DNA of 64,000 nt, taken from the NCBI GenBank assembly GCA_964430935.1, contig CAYSHK010000082.1:9979-73978 (forward strand). The letters run 5' to 3'. This DNA comes from an uncultured Rhizobiaceae bacterium (lineage in GTDB: Bacteria > Pseudomonadota > Alphaproteobacteria > Rhizobiales > Aestuariivirgaceae). Below are positions 33,704 through 41,391 of this stretch, in pieces. The translations under genes and the position numbers were made by a program. The notes under the pieces are model-generated. The model made no database searches. It had not been told where the DNA came from and was given only the letters and a program-made list of their open reading frames with translations. Numbering within the stretch: position 1 is the stretch's first letter; every line of letters starts with the position of its first letter.

Positions 33704-35506
33704 TCAGTCCTTCCCCGCCGCCCGGATCGCATTGGACGGGCAGACCTGCGCGCACAGCGAACAGCCGATGCAGAGCATCGGATCGATCTTCACCTTGTGA
33801 TGGCCGTCGTACATGCCGTCCGACCAGGAGATGGCCGGGCAGCCGAGATTCATGCAGGACTGGCAGGCGACGCAGGTTTCCTGCACCACCTCCAGCGCGT
33901 CGCCGCGGATGCGCACCGGATCCAGCACGCACGGGCGGTTGGAGATGACCACGGCGACCCCCTTGTATTCCGTGGCCTCGCGGACCGCCTGGTAGAGGGC
34001 GCCCAGATCGTAGGAATCCACCTCGCGCACCCATTTCACGCCGATGGCCTTGCAGATCTGCACGAAATCCACCCTGTTGGTGGGTTCGCCGCGCAGGGTC
34101 ACGCCGGTGCCCGGATTGTCCTGTCCGCCGGTCATGGCGGTGATGTGGTTGTCGAGGATCAGCACCGTGATGTTGGCCTTCATGACCACCGCGTCGATGA
34201 GCGGGGGAATGCCCGAATGCAGGAAGGTGGAATCGCCGATAGTGGCGACGATGGGCTTTTTCTCGGCGCCGGATTTCGCCAGTCCCACCGCGTTTCCGAT
34301 GGAGGCTCCCATGGCCACGCACGTGTCGATGGCCCGCAGCGGCTCGATCGCGGCCAGCGTGTAGCAGCCGATGTCCCCGCAGACCCGGGCGTCGATGGCG
34401 CGCACCGCCATGTAGCTCGAGATGTGCGGGCAACCGGCGCACAGAAGCGGCGGGCGCGGCACGATCTCCGGCTCCGCGGGTTTCCTCTTCCTGGGCGGCT
34501 CGATCAGGCCGGCCTCGATGAAACCCTTGCGCACGATCTCCGGGGAGAGCTCGCCCTCGCGCGGAAAGAAGGCCTTGCCCTCGCAGGGGATCCCCATGAT
34601 CTTCAGCTGCTCCTCGATCAGCGGTTCCAGCTCCTCGACCACGATGACGCGGGAGTGGCGCTCCGCGAATTCCCGGATGCGTTCCTTCGGAAGCGGGAAG
34701 GAAGAAGCCAGCTTGAGCACCGGAGCGCCGGGCAGGACTTCCTTTACGTAAGAGTAAGCCATGCCGACGGTGATGACGCCCACATCGCCCTCGCCCTCCT
34801 CCATCCGTGTGAGAGGGCTTTCGTCGAAGAAGCGGCCGACCACCTCCTCACGCGCGATCACCTTCGGGCGGTTGGCCCGGGCATGGGCCGGAAGGGTCAC
34901 GTTCTTGCGGAAATCGTCCACGAATCCCCTGGCTTCGACCGCCTCGCGCCCACCGAGACGGACGGGAGAGCGGGTATGCGAAAGCCGGGTGGTGGAGCGG
35001 ACGATCACCGGCGTGTCGAACTTCTCGGAGAGCTCGAAGGCGAACTTCGTGTATTCCAGCGCCCCCTGGGCGTCGGCCGGCTCCAGAACCGGCACGTTGG
35101 CGAACCTGGCGAACAGGCGCGTGTCCTGCTCGTTCTGGGAGGAATGCATGCCCGGATCGTCCGCCACCACGATCACCAGCCCCGCGTTCACGCCGATGTA
35201 GGACTGCGACATGAGGGAATCGGAGGCGACGTTCAATCCCACGTGCTTCATGGCGCACATGGCGCGCACGCCGGCGAAGGACGCGCCCGTGGCGATGTCG
35301 AGCGCCGTCTTCTCGTTCACCGCCCATTCGGCGTAGATGTCCTCGGGAGGGAACTTCCCGACGGTCTCCAGAATTTCCGTAGACGGCGTTCCCGGATAGG
35401 CCACGGCGAGGCCGCAACCACCTTCCCAGGCGCCGCGGGCAATGGCCTCGTTGCCCATCAGAGGCTCGACGCGGGCGTTCGTCTTCGGTTTCCGCTGGAC
35501 GTTCAT
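33704..35506 (-). CDS. iorA: Indolepyruvate ferredoxin oxidoreductase alpha subunit
   Basis: 600 aa from MNVQRK (ATG at 35506). LMGNEAIARGAWEGGCGLAVAYPGTPSTEI, TPP motif GDSTFLHSG, and C-terminal ferredoxin motifs CVACQSCMNLGCP and CIGCSLCAQVCP. Confidence 0.9.
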   Translation of the reverse strand: MNVQRKPKTNARVEPLMGNEAIARGAWEGGCGLAVAYPGTPSTEILETVGKFPPEDIYAEWAVNEKTALDIATGASFAGVRAMCAMKHVGLNVASDSLMSQSYIGVNAGLVIVVADDPGMHSSQNEQDTRLFARFANVPVLEPADAQGALEYTKFAFELSEKFDTPVIVRSTTRLSHTRSPVRLGGREAVEARGFVDDFRKNVTLPAHARANRPKVIAREEVVGRFFDESPLTRMEEGEGDVGVITVGMAYSYVKEVLPGAPVLKLASSFPLPKERIREFAERHSRVIVVEELEPLIEEQLKIMGIPCEGKAFFPREGELSPEIVRKGFIEAGLIEPPRKRKPAEPEIVPRPPLLCAGCPHISSYMAVRAIDARVCGDIGCYTLAAIEPLRAIDTCVAMGASIGNAVGLAKSGAEKKPIVATIGDSTFLHSGIPPLIDAVVMKANITVLILDNHITAMTGGQDNPGTGVTLRGEPTNRVDFVQICKAIGVKWVREVDSYDLGALYQAVREATEYKGVAVVISNRPCVLDPVRIRGDALEVVQETCVACQSCMNLGCPAISWSDGMYDGHHKVKIDPMLCIGCSLCAQVCPSNAIRAAGKD

Positions 35507-35609
35507 GCGCTTCTCCCTTTCCCGGCGCGCGGAATGGTAAGCGCACGGAAGGGCTTTGTGAAGCATCGCACCCCGCCGGCGGCATGGGAAATTTGACGCA
35601 TACGTAAGG

Positions 35610-36530
35610 TCAATTTTCGGCTTTCAGGCACTTCGAGAAGGCCCGCCCGAGCGATTCCAGCAGGCGCGGGAAGTGATCGGGTCCCCTTGGCAGTGCGTAT
35701 CCCAGAGGGTCCAGAACCTCCCTTCTCGCACCCGCCTCCCGCTCCAGAAGCCGGGCCCAGCGTCCGCCCCCGCCGGGTCCGGTGAACACGCAGATGCCCG
35801 GATGCCGCCGGGCCAGCCGCACGATCGCGGAGATGCGGCGCATGCCGGGACGCGCCTCGCCGGGAGGCTCCACGGAGGCCAGCGGTTCCAGACGGAAACG
35901 GCGCTCGAAATACTGCGTCGCGTCATGGACGACGATGTAGGGCCGGTCGTTGAGCGGGGCGAGCATCGCCTCGAGAGAGGCGGTGACCTCGCGGATGCGG
36001 GCTTCCAATCCCTTCGCGTTGCGGTGATAGAGTTCCGCCCCGGCGGGATCCAGCTCGCCGAGGACCCGGGCCATCTCCAGAGCCATGGCCACGCCGTTCT
36101 CCGGTCCGGTCCAGACATGGAGGTCCGGTTCACCGCCGGCCGCCTCCGGCCCGTCCGGCCGCAACGGATCGAGATCGCGCCTGGGAAGCACCTTCACGCC
36201 CCGCGCCTTCGCCAGCTCGACGATTTTCGCCCGCGCCGCAAGCTCCGGCAGACGCCCCTTCAGAAAGCCTTCCAGCCCGTAGGAAACCAGGAAGACCGCG
36301 TCGGCATCCGCCAGTGCCCGGACCTCGGACGGCCTCAGGGCATGATGGTGCGGATCGCCGCCGTCCTTCAGCAGCAGGACCGGCGAACCCGCCCCCTTCA
36401 TGACGGCGGCGAGAAGCCCGTGGAGCGGCGGGATCGTGGCGACCACCCGCGGCGCCGCATGGGCGGAAGCCGGGAGAAGCAGGCCGAACACGAGGAGGGC
36501 GAGAAGCGGCAGATGGCGGAAACCGTTCAT
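35610..36530 (-). CDS. znuA: Zinc ABC transporter substrate-binding protein
   Basis: Signal peptide MNGFRHLPLLALLVFGLLLPASAHA. Cluster-9 SBP fold with the DPHHHALRP motif. Divergent from znuCB. Confidence 0.85.
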   Translation of the reverse strand: MNGFRHLPLLALLVFGLLLPASAHAAPRVVATIPPLHGLLAAVMKGAGSPVLLLKDGGDPHHHALRPSEVRALADADAVFLVSYGLEGFLKGRLPELAARAKIVELAKARGVKVLPRRDLDPLRPDGPEAAGGEPDLHVWTGPENGVAMALEMARVLGELDPAGAELYHRNAKGLEARIREVTASLEAMLAPLNDRPYIVVHDATQYFERRFRLEPLASVEPPGEARPGMRRISAIVRLARRHPGICVFTGPGGGGRWARLLEREAGARREVLDPLGYALPRGPDHFPRLLESLGRAFSKCLKAEN

Positions 36531-36577
36531 GCGATGGCCTCTGGCATTTCGGAGCGTATCCTCTCATATATTGGCGC

Positions 36578-37375
36578 ATGACAGGTCCGGACAACAGCCC
36601 TCTCCTGGAATTGCGCGATGCCGGCGTGCGCGCCCCCGACGGGCGCTGGCTCATCCGGCACGTGAGCCTTTCGGTGCGTCGCGGGGAGATCGTGACGCTC
36701 ATCGGCCCCAATGGCGGAGGCAAGACCACGACGATCCGCGCCGCGCTCGGCATCCTGCCGCTGGCGGAGGGGGAGGTGCGCCGCCAGCCGGGCCTGCGCG
36801 TGGGCTACGTGCCCCAGAAGCTGGCGCTGGACCCCGCCCTGCCGATGACCGTTTCGCGCTTCATGCGCCTGACCTGCCCCGCCACGGACGAGGACGTCGG
36901 ACGGGCGCTCGAGGAGACCGGCGTCCACGCCCGCATGAACGCGCAGGTGGCCGGCCTTTCCGGCGGTGAACTGCAACGGGTCCTGATCGCCCGCGCGATC
37001 CTGAGAAAGCCGGACCTTCTGGTGCTCGACGAGCCGGTCCAGGGCGTGGACTTCGCGGGCGAGGCGGCACTCTACGAACTCATCGGACGCATACGCCGGA
37101 GGCTGGGCTGCGGCGTGCTTCTCGTCTCGCACGATCTGCATTTCGTGATGGCCGGAACCGACCGGGTGGTATGCATCAACGGCCACGTCTGCTGCTCCGG
37201 CCATCCGCACGCGGTGACGAAGACACCCGAATACGCCGAACTTTTCGGGCCGGCGGCACTGGAGCGGCTCGCCGCCTACACCCATCATCACGACCACGTT
37301 CACGCACCCGACGGCCATATCTGCGGAACCGGGGACTGCGGCTGCGGGGAAGCGGAAGGGGAGCGCGACGGATGA
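36578..37375 (+). CDS. znuC: Zinc ABC transporter ATP-binding protein
   Basis: Walker A GPNGGGKTT, signature LSGGELQR and Walker B LLVLDEP. Has a His/Cys-rich C-terminal tail (HHHDHVHAPDGHICGTGDCGCGE). Confidence 0.85.
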   Translation: MTGPDNSPLLELRDAGVRAPDGRWLIRHVSLSVRRGEIVTLIGPNGGGKTTTIRAALGILPLAEGEVRRQPGLRVGYVPQKLALDPALPMTVSRFMRLTCPATDEDVGRALEETGVHARMNAQVAGLSGGELQRVLIARAILRKPDLLVLDEPVQGVDFAGEAALYELIGRIRRRLGCGVLLVSHDLHFVMAGTDRVVCINGHVCCSGHPHAVTKTPEYAELFGPAALERLAAYTHHHDHVHAPDGHICGTGDCGCGEAEGERDG

Positions 37376-38172
37376 TGCCGGACCCCTTCATCCTCCGCGC
37401 CCTCGCCGCCGGTCTCGCCGCCGCGCTCATGGCCGGTCCCCTCGGCAGTTTCATCGTCTGGCGGCGCATGTCCTACTTCGGGGACGCGCTGGCCCATTCC
37501 GCGCTGCTCGGCGTGGCACTGGCCCTGCTGCTCGACATCTCCGTGACCGCGGGCGTGCTGGCGGTGGCCATGGCGGTGGCCGTGGCGGTGAACCTCCCGA
37601 CCGGCGTGCGGCGCCTGCCCCCGGACGCCCTTCTGGGCATATTCGCGCATGGCGCCCTGGCCGCCGGCCTGCTCCTGACCTCGCTGCTCATCCGGCCCGG
37701 CTTCGACCTCATGTCCCTGCTGTTCGGCGACATCCTCGCCGTGACCACCACGGACCTGCTTCTGCTGGTTCCCGGGGCCCTGGCCGTCATCGCGGCCCTG
37801 GCCTCCATCTGGCGCCCCCTTCTGGCCGCCGCCGTCTCGGAGGAGATCGCGATCGCCGAAGGCATGAACCCGCGCCGCGCCGAACTCGCCCATACGCTTC
37901 TTCTGGCCGCCGCGCTGGCGCTGGCCATGAAGATCACCGGCGTTCTGCTCTTCACCTCGCTTCTGATCATACCCGCGGCGGCGGCACGGGCCTTCGCCCG
38001 ATCGCCGGAGGCCATGGCCGGGCTTGCCGTGATCGTGGGCATGGTCTCCGTCTCGGGCGGTCTGTGGATCTCCTGGACGTTCGACGCCCCTTCCGGGCCG
38101 GCCATGGTCAGCACGGCCTTCTGCCTGTTCGCCGTTTTTCATATCGCGGCAAGCATGCCGCGTTTCCGCTGA
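37372..38172 (+). CDS. znuB: Zinc ABC transporter permease
   Basis: ATGA overlap with the znuC stop. Polytopic membrane protein with the FIVWRRMSYFGDALAHSAL motif typical of ZnuB. Confidence 0.85.
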   Translation: MMPDPFILRALAAGLAAALMAGPLGSFIVWRRMSYFGDALAHSALLGVALALLLDISVTAGVLAVAMAVAVAVNLPTGVRRLPPDALLGIFAHGALAAGLLLTSLLIRPGFDLMSLLFGDILAVTTTDLLLLVPGALAVIAALASIWRPLLAAAVSEEIAIAEGMNPRRAELAHTLLLAAALALAMKITGVLLFTSLLIIPAAAARAFARSPEAMAGLAVIVGMVSVSGGLWISWTFDAPSGPAMVSTAFCLFAVFHIAASMPRFR

Positions 38173-38255
38173 CCATATTTGACCGAGGACAAGGCACGGG
38201 GCCGTCCGTATGGCAGCATGCGGACACGTCCGATCTCATCTCCGGGAGTTCTCCC

Positions 38256-39986
38256 ATGTCGCAGACTTCCCTGAAGAGCGTTTCCTTCGCCATTTCGGGC
38301 TCCGGCGGAGCCGGCGTCATGACGGCCGGGGAGATCCTTCTCATGGCCGCCGCCAAGGCGGGATACTACGGCCTCCAGACCCGTTCCGTGGGACCGCAGA
38401 TCCGGGGCGGGGAGGCGGCCAGCCTGATGCGCCTGGCCACCTTTCCCGTCCATGTCCATGCCGATGCCTTCCATGTCCTTCTGGCGGTGGACTGGCTCAA
38501 TTTCGACCGCTTCTCCGGCGAGATCGACCTGGCCGACGGAGCCGTCGTCATCACCGACGAGAAAAGCGGCGAGCTGCCGGAAAAGGTCGCGCGCACGGCA
38601 TCCGACGTGATCCGGCTGCCCTTCCACGATCTGCTGAAGAAGACGGGGGGACGGGTCAACATGCTGGCCGTGGGCGTCATCGGCAATCTCGTCGGCCTGC
38701 CCGAGGAGGACCTGGCCGACGCCATCTCGCGCCGCTTCGCCTCCAAGGGGAACGCAGTGGTCGAACTTTCGGTGTCCACCATGCGGACCGGCTACGCGGA
38801 AGGGGAGAAGCTGCGCGAATTCGAGCAGCGGCTCGCTCCCGCCGAACCGCGGGACGGTGAACGCTGGATCATCAACGGCAACGAGGCGGCGGGCCTGGGC
38901 GCCCTCACCGCCGGCGTGAAATTCGCCGCCGCCTATCCCATAACGCCGGCGACCGAGATTCTCGAATGGCTTTCCCCCGCCCTTTCGGGCTCCGGCGGCA
39001 TGCTGATCCAGGCGGAGGACGAGCTGGCCTCGATCAACATGATCATCGGAGCGTCCTTCGGCGGCGCGCCCGCCCTCACGGCCACCTCGGGGCCGGGACT
39101 GGCCCTCATGGCCGAAGGGCTGGGACTGGCCGCGGCGGCGGAGATTCCCGTCACGGTCATCGACGTGCAGCGGGGCGGCCCCTCCACCGGCATTCCCACG
39201 AAGTCGGAGCAGACCGATCTCAACATCGCGCTGTGCGGCATGCACGGGGAGGCTCCCCATCTGGTGCTCGCCGCGACCTCCGTCGCCGACTGCATCCGGA
39301 CGACCGCATGGGCCGTGCACCTTTCGGAACGGCTCCAGGCGCCGGCCATCATGCTCTCCGATCAGATGATGGGGCAGATGAAGACCATCATGCCGCGTCC
39401 GGAACTGCCCGGGCTGAAAGCGGAACGCGAGACCGTGGCTTCATGTCCGGAAGGGGGCTATGCCCGCTACGCGCTCACCGGATCCGGAGTTTCGCCCATG
39501 GCCCTGCCCGGCGCGCCCGGATGCATGTACACCGCCGACGGACTGGAGCACGACGAAAGGGCCGTTCCCTCCACGCGCGTGGAGGACCATGCCGCGCAGC
39601 TCGCGAAACGGTACCGGAAGCTTGCCGACTTCGACTACGGCCCCGACTGGGCGGACATCTCCGGCGAAGCGCCGCTCGCCGTCATCACCTGGGGATCCAC
39701 GGCCGGAGCCGTCCGGGAGGCGGCCCGCGAGGCTGCCGGGGAGGGCCTGGCCGTGAAGACGATCGTCATCCGCCTGCTGTCGCCGCCGCAGAAGGAACGG
39801 CTGGAAGCTGCGCTCGAAGGCGTGCGGACGCTTCTCGTCGTCGAGAATTCCTTCTCCGGCCAGTTCGAACGCTATCTGCGTTCCTTCTTCGAGCTGCCGG
39901 AGGAAGTCCGCAGCCATCGCCATCCGGGACCGCGTCCGGTAACGGCCCGCGAGATTCTGGAGGCCATCAGGGAGGCCGCGTCATGA
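38256..39986 (+). CDS. korA: 2-oxoglutarate/2-oxoacid:ferredoxin oxidoreductase alpha subunit (fused gamma-alpha, two-subunit KorAB type)
   Basis: 576 aa from MSQTSLK (ATG at 38256; the track start at 38064 is over-extended). N-terminal gamma-like ISGSGGAGVMTAGEIL followed by alpha-like GNEAAGLGALTAGVKFAAAYPITPATEI. Confidence 0.85.
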   Translation: MSQTSLKSVSFAISGSGGAGVMTAGEILLMAAAKAGYYGLQTRSVGPQIRGGEAASLMRLATFPVHVHADAFHVLLAVDWLNFDRFSGEIDLADGAVVITDEKSGELPEKVARTASDVIRLPFHDLLKKTGGRVNMLAVGVIGNLVGLPEEDLADAISRRFASKGNAVVELSVSTMRTGYAEGEKLREFEQRLAPAEPRDGERWIINGNEAAGLGALTAGVKFAAAYPITPATEILEWLSPALSGSGGMLIQAEDELASINMIIGASFGGAPALTATSGPGLALMAEGLGLAAAAEIPVTVIDVQRGGPSTGIPTKSEQTDLNIALCGMHGEAPHLVLAATSVADCIRTTAWAVHLSERLQAPAIMLSDQMMGQMKTIMPRPELPGLKAERETVASCPEGGYARYALTGSGVSPMALPGAPGCMYTADGLEHDERAVPSTRVEDHAAQLAKRYRKLADFDYGPDWADISGEAPLAVITWGSTAGAVREAAREAAGEGLAVKTIVIRLLSPPQKERLEAALEGVRTLLVVENSFSGQFERYLRSFFELPEEVRSHRHPGPRPVTAREILEAIREAAS

Positions 39987-40807
39987 CGGAGCAGATCAGA
40001 AAACCCGCCGACTACAAGAGCGCGATCAAGCCGATCTGGTGCCCCGGCTGCGGCGATTACGGCGTGCTGTCGGCCGTCACCAAGGCTTTCGCGAAACTTC
40101 AGCTGGCACCGGAGGACACCGCGGTCGTTTCCGGCATCGGGTGCGCCGCACGCATCCCCGCCTACATCAACGCCTACGGATTCCACGGTCTGCACGGACG
40201 GGCCCTGCCCATCGCCACGGGGCTGAAGCTGTCCCGTCCCGACCTGACGGTGCTGGCCATGGGTGGCGACGGAGACATGTACTCCATCGGCGGAAACCAT
40301 TTCCTGCATGCCTGCCGCCGCAACGTGGACATCACGCTGCTGGTCATGGACAACCGCATCTACGGCATGACCAAGGGACAGCCATCGCCGACCACGGAGC
40401 CGGACTTCCCCACCCATCTCTATCCGGACGGCACGCATCTGCAGCCGCTCAACGCCCTGGCCATCGCGCTGGTGGCCGGAGCCAACTTCGTGGCCCGCAC
40501 CTTCTCCGGAGACCCCAACGGACTGGCCGAAGATATCGCCATGGCCATAAATCATCCCGGTTTTTCCGTCATAGAGATACTGAGTCCCTGCGTCACCTTC
40601 CGCCCGGAGCAGCGGGAATGGAAACACGAGGTCCAGCGCAACGTGCTCACGCCCGCGGCCTCCGTCGCCGAGGCCCTCCAGGTGGTCACCACGGGACCGG
40701 AACTGGCCACCGGCGTGATATGGAAGGGAGATCGCCCGCCCTACGAGGGACCGGGAGAGGAGGCGGGCATCGCGCTCGACCGACTGCTGGAAGGATTCGC
40801 GGCATGA
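39983..40807 (+). CDS. korB: 2-oxoglutarate/2-oxoacid:ferredoxin oxidoreductase beta subunit
   Basis: ATGA overlap with the korA stop. WCPGCGDYG and GGDGDMYSIGGNH TPP motifs. Confidence 0.85.
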   Translation: MTEQIRKPADYKSAIKPIWCPGCGDYGVLSAVTKAFAKLQLAPEDTAVVSGIGCAARIPAYINAYGFHGLHGRALPIATGLKLSRPDLTVLAMGGDGDMYSIGGNHFLHACRRNVDITLLVMDNRIYGMTKGQPSPTTEPDFPTHLYPDGTHLQPLNALAIALVAGANFVARTFSGDPNGLAEDIAMAINHPGFSVIEILSPCVTFRPEQREWKHEVQRNVLTPAASVAEALQVVTTGPELATGVIWKGDRPPYEGPGEEAGIALDRLLEGFAA

Positions 40808-41340
40808 CGGAACGCATCGAACAGACCCCGCCGCACATCGACAACATGCAGGACCTGCTCACGGCCGCCTATCTCGTGGAGGAGGAGGCTGGCAGCTGCC
40901 TGGAGTCCCTCGCCGAGCAGATGGAGGTCCACAACAATCCGGAGACGGCGGCTCTGTTCCGCCGCATGGCCTCCATGCGCAAGGAGCACGCCGCCGCCAT
41001 ATACGCCTCCATGGAACCGGAATGGCGGAAGGAGATCTACACGCGCAATCTGCGCTGGCTGGGCGAAAGCTGTCCCGGCGCCGTGGACATCACACGCGCG
41101 CACTACCTGATGCGTCCGTGGCACGGGCTGCGGATCGCCCTCGCCGCCAAACGGCGGATCCACGACTTCCTCGAGGCCATCGCGCACATGGCGCAGGACG
41201 AGAAGGTACGCGAGCGGGCGGTGGAGCTGAAGGCCGAAGTCGCCGCCCACGTCCGGGCCGTGGAAGAGGAGCTGGCCCGCACTCCGGAACCCGAGGAGCA
41301 CTGGGATCACGACGACGATCCGCCCGTGCTCCAGGAATAG
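40804..41340 (+). CDS. Ferritin-like / four-helix-bundle protein of unknown function
   Basis: 178 aa. ATGA overlap with the korB stop. Predicted helical with repeated E...H pairs (MEVH, KEH, LEAIAH, AEVAAH) but no canonical ExxH rubrerythrin motifs. Acidic C-terminus. Confidence 0.45.
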   Translation: MTERIEQTPPHIDNMQDLLTAAYLVEEEAGSCLESLAEQMEVHNNPETAALFRRMASMRKEHAAAIYASMEPEWRKEIYTRNLRWLGESCPGAVDITRAHYLMRPWHGLRIALAAKRRIHDFLEAIAHMAQDEKVRERAVELKAEVAAHVRAVEEELARTPEPEEHWDHDDDPPVLQE

Positions 41341-41391
41341 GGAGCGCGGGATCTTCTCCGCAGGCGCATGCGGCCCGATGCGCGAACGGCC

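Noticed and set aside
32810-35596. 928-aa ORF antisense to iorB/iorA. Similar giant ORFs are 41368..43767 (antisense to ptrB), 57615..60236 and 60713..63010 (antisense to pit/DUF47/feoB), 28685..30823, and 49605..51302.
   Set aside because: They are low-complexity Arg/Gly/Ala/His/Asp translations spanning several real genes of the opposite strand. There is no start context and no domain signature.
35507-35609. TTGAC-N11-GTCAA arrangement (AAAATTGACCTTACGTATGCGTCAAATTT on the minus strand) upstream of iorA as a regulator binding site.
   Set aside because: Only 5-bp arms are truly complementary, the flanks and interior do not pair, and the spacing fits no family I know. It is probably just an AT-richer promoter region.
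36531-36577. Zur box in the 47-nt divergent znuA/znuC intergenic region.
   Set aside because: A Zur site is expected here, but I could not find a convincing palindrome by eye in GCGATGGCCTCTGGCATTTCGGAGCGTATCCTCTCATATATTGGCGC. I leave it unannotated rather than force a call.
38064-38255. N-terminal extensions proposed by the ORF track: korA from 38064, OFOR beta from 31830, the alpha subunit ORF running up to 34442, GT4 from 57285, ilvE from 21361, rsmE from 8210, and hdrC from 3604.
   Set aside because: The extensions overlap upstream genes and are Arg/Pro/Gly-rich. Internal ATG codons with SD sequences or ATGA coupling coincide with the conserved N-termini of the families.
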